This document shows, in pieces, positions 23,357 to 37,061 of a stretch of DNA of 64,000 nt. Source of the stretch: Antechinus flavipes. Lineage: Eukaryota. Within the stretch, counting starts at the first letter, position 1; every line of letters begins with the position of its first letter. The translations under genes and the position numbers were made by a program. Below the pieces are notes generated by a model. It saw only the letters and a program-made list of their open reading frames with translations. It was not told the DNA's origin and did no database searches. The DNA is taken from NCBI RefSeq assembly GCF_016432865.1, contig NC_067398.1:156798001-156862000 (forward strand), read 5' to 3'.

Positions 23357-26300
23357 GTATGGTTGTTGTCTTTTGTTCTCAAAGAGGACCAAAATGATGT
23401 CATGTCCAAGTCAAGTACATTAAGAGTTAAGCTATGGTATGTCCAACTGCAGCAGATCAGACCAGTACAATTTTGGAATGCTCTGTCACAGGTTGGGCAC
23501 AAACATTTGGGTGGATTCTCCAAATAAAGTGCATCTTCAATTCTGCTTTGTTCATAGAATATAACACCTTCTCTAATGGTGCAGGCCAGTTTGGGCAGTC
23601 CTATGCCATTGCCTTCCATTTTGTATAATCAATTCCACAGTTCTTGAGAGACCTTGAGAATGTCCTTTTGTCTCTTTTTATGACTGCCTTGTGAGCTTGC
23701 TCAGTGTGAGTTTTCCACAAAATAATCTTTTTGATAAACATATGCCAGCCCATCAGAGCTACTCTCTCTGTGGTAGAGCTGAATGCTTGGCAGTTTACTC
23801 TGAGAAAGGACCTCAGTTTCTGCTATTTTATCCTGCCAGGTTATCTTTACAACTTTCCTAAGTTATTTCAATTGGAAGCAATTAAGTATCCTGGCATGGT
23901 GTTGGTATACTGTCCAGGTTTCACAGGCATCCAACAATGCCTTGGTCAGCACAGTGGCTCCGTAGACCATTAGTTTGATAATTAGTTTAATCCCTCTTCT
24001 CTTCCACACTTTTCTTTGGAGCCTCCCAAACACTGAGCTAGCTCTAACAGTGTGTCAGCCTCATCAATGTGTGCAATCCTAGAAAGTATACTGTCAAGGT
24101 AAATGAACTTATCCCCAACATTCAAAACTTCTTCATTTTCTGTAACTGGTGGTTCCACATATAGATGTGTGATACTAGCTGATGGAGCACTTGTGCTTTC
24201 TTGGTATTCATTGTTAGGCCAAAATTAGCATAAGCATGCATCTCAGCTTCTGAGGCTACATTGAATGCATAAGTAGCTACAAACAAACAAAAAATCATGC
24301 CTCAACACTCCCTCTACTTTAGTCTTGGTTTGTGGCCTTTTCAAGTTGAAGAATTTAGCATTGACATGATAGCTGACTTTGATGCCATGTTTGTCCTCAT
24401 TGAAGGCATTTGACAATATGGCTAAAAATATCATGGTAAAAAGCATGGGAGGCAAGCACACAGCCTTGTTTTATTCCATTGATTATTGGGAAAGCATGGG
24501 AGCATTGTCCCTTATCCAATATCTGGGCAACAATGCCTTCATAAAATTGACATTCAATACTGATGAACTTCCTCTGGGCAACTATATTTTGATATAATTT
24601 TCCATAAGCCCTCACAACTGACAGTATTAAAGGCCTTGGTCAAATCATTGAACATTATATAAAGACTCTGTTCTACGTTTTGACATTTTTCCTGGAGTTA
24701 ACAGGTAGCAAACACCATATTGACTGTTCCTCAACCTTTTCTGAAACCACACTGACTCCTAGTATGTCAATGACCATCTTCCAGATAGCAGGCTTAATCA
24801 GCCTATTAAGGAGAATTCTTGCAAGAATTTTGCCAGCAATAACTAAAAGAAAGACTTCCCTGTTGATTGTCACATTTCCTTTACCTTTCTAGAGATGGAC
24901 AAAGGAGGTATCCCTGAACTCCTGAGGGATTAGCCTCCTCTTACTGTAATGACCTGGAAAATTTTAGTCAATTTTTGTATGAACAATAGCCCCCATACCC
25001 ACCCCTAACTTTTTAAATTTCACCTGGAATAGAATCAGCACTAGATGCCATTCAAAACCTCTTTGGTTGGAATTTCAGCCTGACACCAGTGGCTTCAGCA
25101 TTGAATGTTAATGATTTGTTGAGAACACTATGGAAGTATTCACCACATCTCTCCAGGATTATGTCCTTATCACTAATCAATGTGGCTCTGAGTAGTTCAG
25201 ATGTACCATAAGTTTTGGCCCATAAATTGCCTTTAGTCCATCATAAAGATGCTTTGGATTGTTACTGTCAGCATAAAACTGAGCCAGAAATCCTGCATCT
25301 CTCTCTTAAGCTTCAGTTGTATTTTACTTTTGAAGAATTAAATGCTGCCTTCATGGAGATGAATGAATTGTCCTGTTGGTAAACACTGTGGAATTCTCGT
25401 TTTTCATTTAGCAGTTTCTGAATTTCCCCATCATTTTCATCAGACCAGTCTTGGTGTTTGGCAGCGTTCTGAACCATATGAGCAAATTCAGGGCTGTACA
25501 CCAAATCTTTGAAAGCTGCTTATTCCTTTTTTGTTTCACTGTTGCCAACTGTGCACTGGCTCAACTTTCCTTCCAATTTAGTAACAAATTATTCTCACTG
25601 AAGAGAAGTGCTCTAATTTGTTGCATTAATTATTCTTGTAGTCATTTTACATTGGGACTACCATTTTTGCCTTTGTTACTCTCAACATCCTTTCTGTCTC
25701 TTCTTCTTACAGTCCAACAGTCTTATTAAATGCCAGTAGTTGCTGTGAGAATGTACCCACTAAGTTTTATTGCATTTGGGTAAATGGAAGACAGTGTAGG
25801 TTATGAGATGCACAAATATTGAGACTCCCTGCCATGTAGTTTCAGTCTCTAGCATTAATCTCCCCCAGTAATATAGGCTTGTTCTCTTGGCACATTGATG
25901 ATAAGGTTCTCCAGGTTTTCATAGAATTTTTCTTTCACCTCATCAAAGTGGCATTTTCCTCCTAGTGGCAGTTGCATCGTCATGAGTCACTCCTTTTGGA
26001 AGGCATAGAAACTCATTGACTAGATTAGTTTTGATTGCAGAAACTATACCAGCCTCATGTCACTCCCTTCACTGCAGCCATTTCAGAAAAATATATATCC
26101 ATTTGCTAGCCTTTGTTTCACTCAGGGCTGCTGTTTGGATGTGATACCTACTGATCTCTCTCTTAACAAGAACTGTTTATCTTTCAGACCTCCTGGTTTT
26201 TGTGTTTATTAGTGTGTACACATTCTATGTACTGATGGTGAATGGAATCAATATTTCAGAAGGTTTTGTACATTTTTTTGGCATTTTAACCATAGGATGG

Positions 26301-26985
26301 GATCCCTGCCTGCTGTGGTAATTATGTATCAGGCTTTAGAGTATTTTTCTTAGCCCCTTCATCACAGAAGTTGGTGAGCAGTATGATCTTTAAATGGTTT
26401 CTCAGATGCCCAGAGGGCTACTGAAATCCATTGCTGCTTCCAGTGAGAAGACGACCCTATAACATGGGCCATCCTTGTGCAGGATTGTGACTATAGCTCC
26501 CAGTGTATTTGTACCTGCTGTGTTGAAGTTGCCTATCACCACAGGATTCTAAACTGGCAAAATGATATGTCTTTCTCACTATGTCTTCTAGAGTCATCTC
26601 CGTCCACTGCTAGGACTGACTCAAGATGACTGGTGATAGCTTAAGATGCAGTGGATGACTTTGTTCTTTAGTGTCTGACCAAGCACAAGCACTCCACAGC
26701 CTTCATGGCTATTGGAACAAATTATTCTTATTTGCTCATTCCACCAGGAGAAATCTTCATATGCTTGGAGTAAGCACCTCCCTAATTCATTTGAGATCCC
26801 TTGGTTGCCCTCAACCTGCTTTAGCCTGTCTGCTGAAAAATTTTACTGGGGTGTAAGCCATTGTGCATGCTACAGCTTTTTGTAAGGTAAGAGTTAGGTG
26901 GATCAAGTGGACACTAAAGTGGACAAGCCTTTTAAAGGCTTGGTGGCCTTCTCAGTAGAGGTAGTCTTCCCTGAACATCTTGTAC
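23357..26985 (-). mobile_element. Near full-length decayed RTE-clade LINE (about 3.6 kb)
   Basis: Minus-strand pieces: IPFTIST*NVYTL (endonuclease start, about 26250), LLVIAGKILARILLNRL (24673..24873), NGIKQGCVLA (24397..24615); RTE-style 5' end cagggaagactacctc and 3' end gaggaccaaaatgatgtc / caacaacca. Confidence 0.9.
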
Positions 26986-27478
26986 AATATTCACTTAAAG
27001 AGGTAAAAAGAAAAATACTTACATACAAGATCCATGTGTACAGATGAAAATCAAATATTGTTTTGTATCAAAACACTATATAGTTGTGTAAGGTTTTAGG
27101 AAGGCTGCAGTCCAGAGCTAAGACTAAAGTCCTCCAAATCTGCAAAGATATTGAGGTGGTGATCTCTTAAGACAATTTCCCTGGGGAAAAAATTCCCATC
27201 TTTTACATGATTAGGGATATTAAAGAACAAAAGTTAAGTTTCTGATTTAACTCTTAATTCTCTTGAACCAGTTTCTAGAGTCAAAAGTTTATTAAAAGTT
27301 TGTTGACTATGTTAACATCACTTGGGTCCTTTTGTTGAGTTCTGTATATGTTTAAGGATCTTACTGTTATACGGTGAGCCATAAAGCAGTTGCCCAAAGT
27401 TAAAAGTCCCAGTATACTGGGATCCAAACTACTTTTCCCTGCCTTATTTTTATTACTTTTCTGTTTGCTCCAGATTAT

Positions 27479-28751
27479 CAGTGGTTTTTAAAGTAGAGGG
27501 TACAAGGTAATCTTGTGATGTGAGAAAAAAGTGTCAGGTGAGCTATACTCAGTTGACTCATATATCCATGTGATACAATATGTGTAATGTATCAGCAATA
27601 TAGGGTATACAGGGAATATTGAAGGAAGAATTGAAGTTCCACAGTACATGGGGATTGACAGAGGCGATCTCATTTATTTGCATTGCATAACAATGTTTTT
27701 AGTTTCTATATGTCAAGATAAGTAGGTTTATTATTTTATTTAGTTGTTAACAAAACTAGTACTTACAAAGTAAAAAAAAATAATTTAGAGAAATTTCCCT
27801 TGAACAAACAGCAGATTGAAGATAATACTAATGGCTGAGCTGAACTTTATCTTGCTTGTGACATGAGCTCATTGTCAGGTACATTACTGGCTAAAAATAA
27901 TTACCATTTAATCGAATTTGACAAGAAGTTGGCCAAAAAGATTTGGAATTGTCAAGAAGATTAGTTGAAATGCAGGTTTACATCCACTGATGTTAATAGT
28001 GCACTTCACCTTGTGTATATTGTACCTTAGGATGTTAGATAATTAATAAGACATTTAGAAACTAAGCTTTTGTTGCAAGAAACATTGTAAATGCGCTGTT
28101 TATTATAAATATCTACTCAGTTGACATTGAAACAGAATTTTTTTAACCTTTTTAAACATTTGCTGAACAGAGTTTTAGAACCCATTGTTTAAGAATGTAA
28201 AACTCCCTTTTACATTTTTTTTTTTTATATTCAGAATGTAAAATACCTTTTGATTTGTTTGGAAGAAAAACTGACATCAATTGTGGACATTTTACTAGCC
28301 AAATTTCAACAAAAACAAAAACTGGTTGGGAATAAAAAAAATGAATATCATGATCTAGTAAGAACAAATAATAAAGCATTTCCATTTGGTTCTATGTGTT
28401 TTTTGTGAGATCTTTTCTCATTTATGACATTTGTTAAAACCAAGTATTGAAGGAAATGGAATTTAAAACTAGATTTTTGAACAGTATAGCCAAAGTATTA
28501 AATCAGGTTTTTAAAAGAAACATTACTGCATGTTCAAACCATTAATTTTAGTAAGAACAACAATGTTTTTAATATAAAAATTATTTAATTCATCATCTTA
28601 TTCTTTTAAAACTTTTTTGTGTTTTTATATTTCATATGGTATATTAGTACAGCAATGCATTTGTATGAATTATAAATAAATATGGATATTTTGGAATATA
28701 TTCAAATTTTACTGATAGGCACACGTGATAGAGAATATTTGAAGACCACAG
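27479..28751 (+). mobile_element. Internally deleted hAT Charlie-type DNA transposon
   Basis: Degenerate TIRs cagtggtttttaaa / ttgaagaccacag; frameshifted transposase C-terminus NEYHDLV...PFGS...CE...FSFMTFVKTKY at 28340-28450. Confidence 0.7.
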
Positions 28752-28939
28752 TTCTAATTCCTTAATACCTCCTATTCTTTTCTCATTTTTTTCTCTCTTT
28801 GCCTCTCAGCTTATGTTTCCAGCTGGAAAAACAAAAATAGGCAAAATAACTTATGCCTTCAGTATGCTAGTATATTGCCTAGAAAACCTGATTGTCCTAA
28901 ATTCCTTCTAGCACTCTCTTAAAAATTGTAGGCTTTCAG

Positions 28940-29060
28940 AATACTAATAATATAAACAAAGTGAACCATCAGAAAAATAGCAGAGCTGAATTTTATCACG
29001 AGCTCCTTGTCAGCCACATTACTGGGTAAAAATAATCACCATTTAATCGAATTTGACAAG
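28940..29060 (+). mobile_element. Second copy of an internal Charlie fragment
   Basis: gagctgaattttatc...acattactgggtaaaaataatcaccatttaatcgaatttgacaag repeats 27837-27925. Confidence 0.75.
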
Positions 29061-29479
29061 TTTTCAGAATTGGAAGGCACCCCAGAAGTTACATACTTAT
29101 CAATTGTCTCTTATCAGGAACCTTCTCTATTACCTTCCTTAGAAAAGAAATTTTTCCTTTTGTGTCATGTTTACCCCACAATTTTCAAATTTTCCATCCT
29201 AGATCTAGCCTCTAGGGCTACATCTAATCTCTTTTCTATGATAGCTCTTTAAATAGGTAGCAGTATCTTGCCCAACTCCTGTCCCCCCTTTACCTTTCTT
29301 TTCTCCAATTAATCATCATAATTTCTTTTAGTAAAATACTATATGGCTTGATTTCAGAATTCCTCCCTATTTGGTTCCCTCATCTTCTGGACATGATCCA
29401 ATTCGATCACATTGCTTATAAACTAGTGCTGGTTTACATATATGAATTATCATGACATTTAAAATGTTATCTTGAGAAT

Positions 29480-30500
29480 TAACTCTAGTATTCTCAATGT
29501 CTCATCATGGCAAAATGCTGGAGGAATATTTACATTTTGGTTTTGTACTTTTTTGCTTTGCCAATGCAACTCAATTTAAAATCTACTTTTTGAGATTGCC
29601 ACATCAAGCTTTTGACTCTTAGGGAGCAGAAAGTCTATTGACCACAGCTTTCTATTACAAGAAATTCTTAGCCATACTTTTACTATCCTGTACTTGTTTA
29701 GTTGATTTTTTTGAACCCAAACATAAGACAAATAAAAAGAATCAAAGCAGTTGATGCATTGATTCTGCAGCATTCCACATCTATAGTTCTTTACTTCACC
29801 ATCAAAAGAAGAGAAAAAGTTTTTTATATATTCTCCAAAGCCAAGATTGAACATTATAGATTATAATTTTGGTGTGTTTAAAAATATTATTGAAATTAGT
29901 CTGTAGATTTTCTTCTAGATTATGTTTACTTAATCTGACACAGTTTGTGCAGATCTTCCAGTGTTTCTCTGAATTTTTTATATTCTTATAGTGTAATACA
30001 TCATTACATTCATATGTTGGTTTGTCATTCCTCACTGTCAAGAACTTTTTGAATTCTGATTTTGTCATCCAACATACTAGTTATCCCCTATAACTTCATG
30101 TCATCTGAAAATTTGATGAGCATGTCATTTATTTCTTCATCCAAAGCATTAATAAACATGTTGAACAGAACAAGGAGAAGGGTGAAATCCTTGGGGCAAT
30201 CCACTAGATACCTTTCTGCAGTTTGACATTGATCTCTTAGCGATTATTCTTGGAATCCAGACATTCCATCCAGTTCTAAATTCTCCTGAATGTGCTGTCA
30301 TCTAGCATCTGTCTTGTCCCCTAAATATCACAAGAGACTTGTCTGATTCCTTGTTGAAAATCCTGTTATATTTATTTCAGTAGCATTCTCATTATCTATC
30401 GACCTAGTAACCCTATCAAAAAGGAAATGAGTTTAGTCTGGCATGACCTGTTTTTGATAAAGCATTCTTGCTCCCTATGAGGCCATTTTCTTTTCTAGAT
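29480..30500 (-). mobile_element. L3/CR1 RT fragment interrupted by an old L1 3' piece (about 29735-30030)
   Basis: Reverse strand reads tttgggttcaaaaaaatcaactaaacaagtacagg; forward aacttcatgtcatctgaaaatttgatgagcatg and gtctggcatgacctgttttt are L3 hallmarks. Confidence 0.7.
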
Positions 30501-30529
30501 ATTCAAAACTTTAAGAGTACCTTTAAGAT

Positions 30530-30531
<2 letters not shown>

Positions 30532-30575
<44 letters not shown>

Positions 30576-30580
30576 CACAC
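30532..30580. repeat. (CA)n microsatellite
   Basis: Direct reading. Confidence 0.95.
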
Positions 30581-31249
30581 AATTGACACAAATTGAAGTC
30601 ATAATCAATGTATTATCTCTCTGGTTCTCCATGATCTTTAAGAATTCACTGAGAGCAGCTTCTTTTCTGAGACCGATAGCCAGACTTTTCATCATGCTGT
30701 TCTCCTTACAAGATAATCTCTTTTCTGTTTCTTTACTGTTGGACAATTTTTTTCCAAGCTTATTAGCACATTCTTCTTTCATGGCTCAGCTCAAGAATTA
30801 CTTTTTTAAAAGCATTTTTCCTGATTGACTTTGCATATGCCCCCTTCCGAAAACCTTGTATTTATTTTCATTTCCTACAGCTCCCTTTTCTTCTGCTGTT
30901 TTTACAGCTTCACTTAACAGGAGTGTGAAAACTCTTATGTGGATCTACAGGCTCTTTAGTTCCATGTTAAGGCATTTGTTACTCCTGGCAATGTTCTCCA
31001 AGTTCCCATTAGCAGAGTTATTTATTTCTTTATGAGTTGCTGAAAGTGGTCGTCGTATTCAGAGGTATAAGCTTTGAGAAGTTCTCCCTCCTTCAGAAAC
31101 ACACTTTTTTTCTTCATTGCAGGTCAGTGTGACACTTGGCTACTGCCATTTATCTCTTCTTTCTTTCATGAGTACTGAATGCTTCTTTGTTGGTGACAAC
31201 TTTGGATCCCTGTTTTCCCTCTTTGAGGGAGAGAAATAAGTAGCCCAAA

Positions 31250-31460
31250 ACATGCCTTTTAATTACCAAGCATGGTGTTAAGTGCTGTATAGATACTGTC
31301 TAATTTTTATCCCCACAAAACGCACAAAAACAGATATAATCACTGTACCCATTTTACATTTGAAGAAACTGAAGAAGCAGATAAAGAGACTTACCCAGAG
31401 TTACACAACCAGCAAGTATCTGAGGCTAGAAGTCAGGTCTTTCTAATTTCAAGCTTATCT
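31250..31460 (-). mobile_element. MIR-type SINE
   Basis: cccattttacatttgaagaaactgaag...gacttacccagagttacacaacc...tctgaggctag. Confidence 0.75.
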
Positions 31461-34239
31461 CCATCTAGCTACCTTTGAAGTGTAGAACCCTGAGAATGTC
31501 ATTTACTTAACTTCTGTCTTTCCTCACATATAAAGGGAGGATTCTAGACTCCTTTTAGCTCTATCTTTTCTTCTTCTTTTTTATTTGAAAACATTTATTC
31601 AAGTTTATTTTACTTTCCTATGTGTAACAGAATGTGGTTCCTCTTGGTCATGAATTATTTCCTTTTTATTTTTGTATTTCAAGCATTTAGCTCATAACAA
31701 GTGTTCAATAAATGTTTGCTAAAGAGATGAATGAAAGCTCTGAATTTCTAATCCTTAATGTAGAGTGAGAAACTCTGATATTCATTCTTGTTCACATTAT
31801 TGCCAGAAATCTTTCTGCTCCTTTTTTCCTAATTCTGATCATTATGGTTGAGGGAAAAAAATGTACTGGAATTGACATTATTAAAAAGGGAAAATAAAAA
31901 GTTAACATATATAACAATTTCAGAAATATCACTTATGATGTTGTGAAATTAGAGTGATATGAGATCTTTTTTCTAGATGGTATATTCTATATTCTTTGGT
32001 TTTATTCAGTCGTGGTTAATATTTTTTAAAATTTAAGATTATGATAGGGATTTTTTTTTGTAAATCAATTTTTATAACTACAGAAGTAATGATATTGTTT
32101 CTCAAATTTGCTGGTCATCTTTCTTATCTTCCTCATCAAAACAGTCATTTCTTTTTTTTTTTTTTTTCTGAGAGATTTTGGTTTTTTTTGGCTCATAGTA
32201 TTCCCCTTGAGACATAATGATATCTAGAGAAAGCCTAACATTGACCATTTTCATCAGCTTAAAAGTCAGTTCTTAAATCCTGTCATCAACATCATTTAAA
32301 AGAAAGAAATAAAAGTTCTGCTTTGTCAATTAACTGTAGTTAAAATTCATGCTGTTTAACTTTTCGCCTAAATTTTACAACTTTATTGACACATTTCCTG
32401 GACTGAAGGTTCATAGTATCCATTAATTCCTTAGAAACTTGTTGTACAATGTTCCTGGTATTTGTGATCACTGCTAAATTGCTCCCCAGGTGGCAAATGC
32501 ACCGGAACTTTACCAGTACAAACCTGACCTAATAGATCCATGTGCTTGATCCTTATCTTGTGCTTTTTTTCTCTTTAGTCTAAGTAATAAGGTTTTTATT
32601 TGTTTTATCTGAGCTTTCTTAGTAGTTTCCCATTAGCATACTAGGTAAACGTACAGAGTCCAAGAAAATGGAAAGCTATAACATTTCACAAAATTTGCAG
32701 GTAACACCAGACATATTTTGTTAACATCATGATCCTCTTTTAACACATGCTTTTCTTTGACAAATGGTCTCCCCCCTCGCTCTGAGTTCTAGAAAAGAAA
32801 TGCATTTTCCTGTTGTGATTGTGTTTTAAATACATAAGAAGATCTATGAGATAGTTTATCTTAAATCTGATGGAATACACTTTATATAACACATGAAAGT
32901 CATCAATAAGATTTCAGGAATCCTCTCATTTGTTATTCAACTTTCATGAAGAATTTTATCAATAAGAATTTTCTTTTTCCCCCCACTAGTTTTTATGCTC
33001 TTTTTAATGCATAAATATTTTGAGGACTTCTTTTTAGAAACAAGGTGAAAAAAATGCCATATTTCTCAAAAAGTTCAAAATTAGGTAAAATACAAAATAT
33101 GTTCGTAAAATAATACCAAAATTAAAAGGAGGGAAAAAAATCTAGTAGGGAAGACATAGGTACTTCATTAATCCTTTTTTATTCTAAGTGCTTAAATAAT
33201 TTTTAGTATCATTATTACTCTTTATACAAAATTTAAGAGGCTTGCAAATTGTTACATTCTTGCCTAAACAAGTAAACACCAGAACCACTTTTTTATATCT
33301 CTTCAACATATACCCAAAATCCTTTAGCATTGTCCTATTCTAAACTTCATGAAGATGAATTTAGCTTTTATCATTGTTTCAGAGAGCTAAACTCCCATTT
33401 TTGTGAGACTTTTAAAAATACTTACCTAGTTGTCGCCTAATATCTTAGAAAGCTATTTATATCTCAGAGAGATTGTAACTTGCTTCTAGTCAAACACAGC
33501 CACAGAGTCTCAGTGGCAAAATTTGAATCCAAGTTAGCTGCAGGTTCATTACCTCTATATTACCCTTCCTCTATAATAACACAGGGTGTGTGTGTGTGTA
33601 GTTACCTCCTACTCTGAAAACTCCTAAGATTTAGTTCAGTGCCTTCACATAGTAGGCACTATGTAAATGTTTCTTTCTTTCTCTTTTCTTTCTTAGTGCA
33701 TATCTACATTTTTTCTGCAGCTTAGTCTTAGGCAGTGGCTTGAGCCATTCTTAGTGGCTTGCTCAGTATCAGCCAAGATAGAATGTCTTTTAGGCAGTTC
33801 TAGAACCATTCTTTTAGATCAACTACCTCTCCTCATGGGTTTTTAACATGAGGTAGATAAAGAAAGATGCAGAAAAAAATGCTATCTAAAAGAATCAAGA
33901 TTCTCATTTTATGTATATACATACATTATCTGACAGGTTATTAGAACATTATGAAATCAACTAAAATAATCTTAGGTTTGGGAGTGAAGAGGTGCATTGA
34001 TTTTATTTCAATAGTATAAGGATTTCCCCTAATGGGGAAGTTCTCTCTATTGATATAAATTGTCAACTGACTCCTTTTTCTCTAAGATCAGTATAAACTC
34101 CTCTCCTTTACATTTAAAGCATCTCATAACTGACTCCCAACCTCTCCTTCTAACACTGTTGCACTCTTCCATGTAATTCTTCATTCCTTTTTTTAAAATT
34201 ATAGATAGTAGTAGGAGTCCTTAATGGTAGGAGTCTTTA

Positions 34240-34795
34240 ATTCCCTATTTTTTCAAGTAGTTTATATATTGGAGTTGATTGTTCTTTAAATGTTTGATAG
34301 AATTCACATGTAAACCCATCTGATCCTGGGGATTTTTTCTTAGAGAGTTGATTAATAGCTTGTTCTATTTCTTTTTCTGAAATAGGACTATATAAGCAAT
34401 TTCCTTCCTCCTCTGTCAGTCTGGGTTATCTGTATTTTTGTAGATATTCCTCCATTTCACTTAGGTTATCAAGTTTATTGGCATAAAGTTGGGCAAAGTA
34501 ACCCCTAATTATTGCTCTAATTTCCTCGTCATTGGTGGAAAGTTCTCTCTTTTCATTTTTAAGACTATTTGATTTTCCTCTTGACTTTTTCTAATCAAAT
34601 TTACTAAAGGTTTATTTATTTTGTTAGTTTTTTCATAAAACCAACTCTTAGTTTTATTTATTAACTGAATAACTTTTTTAGTTTCAATTTTATTAATCCC
34701 TCCTTTTATTTTTAGAATTTCAAGTTTGGTATTTGATTGGGGATTTTTAATTTGCTCTTTTTCTAGTTTTTTTAATTGCAAACCCAATTCATTGT
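34240..34795 (-). mobile_element. L1 ORF2 fragment (between EN and RT)
   Basis: ORF 34509..34787 QLKKLEKEQIKNPQSNTKLEILKIKGGINKIETKKVIQLINKTKSWFYEKTNKINKPL. Confidence 0.92.
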
Positions 34796-35339
34796 AGTTC
34801 TTCGTTCCTAAGGAAAATTGACTTCTTGATTATTTTTCCTACATGATATTTCATTGTCTGCCTTCAGCCTTTTGCTTTCTCTTTCAGCCATTGCCTAGAA
34901 TGCATTTCCTCCTCCCTGCTGTCTCTCAGATTCCTTGGTTTCTTTTAACAGTCAGATCTAAAGCCTTTCCTTATAATCCCAACTGTTAATACGTATCTAC
35001 TTTGTACATGCCTATAAATGTACATGTCCCTACTGACTAGACTGCTCCTTTAGGTTAGGTATTGTTTTATAGTTTATAGTGGTTTTATATCTTCATCTCC
35101 TAGCATAGTACTTAGCCTTATAGTGAACACATAGAAGCTACTTGTTTTCATTGCTGATTAAGGCACTGAGATTTTAAGTGTCCCATTCAGTATGTTTATA
35201 GAATTCATGTCATTCTAACTCTAATGCCATTTTTCTCTCTACCATGCCTCTACTTTATAGTATAAAAAGAATTTTTATCCTCTATGAAGATAAAGACTAT
35301 TGCATAGGCTAATAAAAATATTTATGTACTTATTTTAGA

Positions 35340-35341
<2 letters not shown>

Positions 35342-35386
<45 letters not shown>
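35342..35386. repeat. (CA)n microsatellite next to a SINE tail
   Basis: Direct reading. Confidence 0.95.
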
Positions 35387-35389
<3 letters not shown>

Positions 35390-35538
35390 TTTTCCCTGCT
35401 GAGGCAGTTGGAGTTAAGTGACTTACCCAGGGTCATGCAAGTAGGACATGTTGAACAGTGTCTGAGGACAGATTTGAACTCAGGTCCTCCTGACTTCAGG
35501 GTTGGTGCTCTATCCTCTGTGCTACCTAGCTACCCCCT
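35387..35538 (-). mobile_element. WSINE1-like CORE-SINE
   Basis: gctgaggcagttggagttaagtgacttacccaggg...atttgaactcaggtcctcctgacttcaggg...cctagctacccc. Confidence 0.9.
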
Positions 35539-36089
35539 GAATAAGTCTTTTTAGTCACATGAAATTCTTATTTCGCATTTGGTTTTTAAAATTAATATTT
35601 GTGTATAACTTAGATATCTTAGTATCAATGAGAGAAAGGTTTTTTTACGAAATTTTCTGTCCTCTTTAAGACTCCTATAGCACCAAAGATTTCAAATTTC
35701 TTCAGTTATCATCTTTAAAAACATGTTTGTCATTTTCCTGATCCATTGCTTATAAATCATTTCCCTGTGATTTAACTTTAAAATTGGTGTGTAGAGATAT
35801 TATTTCTATACAACACCTTATTCAAACTAACATCTATTTAAAAGCAAGTAAATTATCAACAGTAAGAGAGAATAACAAAAGGAGAGAAATCAATTGAAGT
35901 CAGGATCTCACAGTTGAACTTCGATTATTTTTTGCTCACAAAAAATGTTCTGTACCATAGTTTAGCTGAAATTTAAAATGTAGAAGAATCTAGATGTCAT
36001 TTTTCTTTAGGGATTCCTAAATAAGATTACATATGTTTCTCTAGTATTTCCCTTTTCAACAGACAAGTATATTGTTGAGAATGTTTTGA

Positions 36090-36260
36090 CATAGTGTAGT
36101 GGAAACATCTAATTCTGTCAGAAGAATTAGATTTGAATTTCTACTCTGACATTTTTGACCTCGCTGACCATGAACAAGTCACTTAATCTCATTGGATCTC
36201 AGTTCTTCATTTGAATGTTTTTGGTTCATAACAACTCCAAAGTCATAAGGTCTCTGTGAG
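36090..36260 (+). mobile_element. MIR
   Basis: catagtgtagtggaaa...catgaacaagtcacttaatctcattggatctcagttcttcatttg. Confidence 0.7.
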
Positions 36261-37061
36261 ATTTTTGAACATTGTTAGGCTAAAAGGAGAGTCTGTCATG
36301 TTCTGTTCTCTTACAACCTTGGACAGGTCATTTAGAGATTCCATTCTTTTCTACTTATTTATTCCCTCTTTATAATTGCTCTTTTCCTCTTTCTGTATTC
36401 AGTTTGTATTATTTATGTGCTCATAGTTCATAGAGTTCCACCAAATATCATAAAGTTTATTTTTGCAAAGTTCATAAGAGCATTATGATCATTATGCCCA
36501 GGAATTTTTTTTAGTAGAAGATTCTTACTAGAAGTAGTACTGATGGTGAGTATTTTCTTAGCCGATCACACTGTGAATTCAAAATGTCCTTTAATTAACA
36601 TTTCTTATTTTAAAATTTATTTTTCATGAATAATCATTTATTTTTTCCAGTTATAGGTAAAAATAACTTGAAGCATTTAAAAAAATTTTTGATTTTCAAA
36701 TTCTCTTTTCTCCTCCCTGAGATGGTAAGCAATTTGATTTAGGTTGTACATGTGCAATCAAAGGAAACATTTGTATTTCTTTAAAAGAAAAAAAATCTAA
36801 TGATAAACAGTGAATCTTTCAAATCCTCAGAAAGACCAGATAATCAGTAAAATGCACCTATATTGCATGCTACTGAAGGACAGTGATAATCAGTCAGTAG
36901 ATATTTGTTGATTAAATGAGGCAAATCATATATATTTAAGAGAATGTCAACTTTGACATTTCTCTTTATAAACTAAAAGACTGCAACCAATGGATTAATG
37001 TACAGGTTCTCTTTGCAGAAGCAAGTAAAAGATGGAGTTGCATTTAAGAAAAAATTGTCAT

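Noticed and set aside
29576-30068. Two 88-92 aa minus-strand ORFs that at first looked like a transposase or retrocopy
   Set aside because: Explained by an L3/CR1 remnant interrupted by an old L1 3' piece; no coherent protein.
33720-33820. Imperfect repeat ttaggcagt...ccattctt x2
   Set aside because: Only two short degenerate copies and no spacer structure; not a CRISPR-like or meaningful array.
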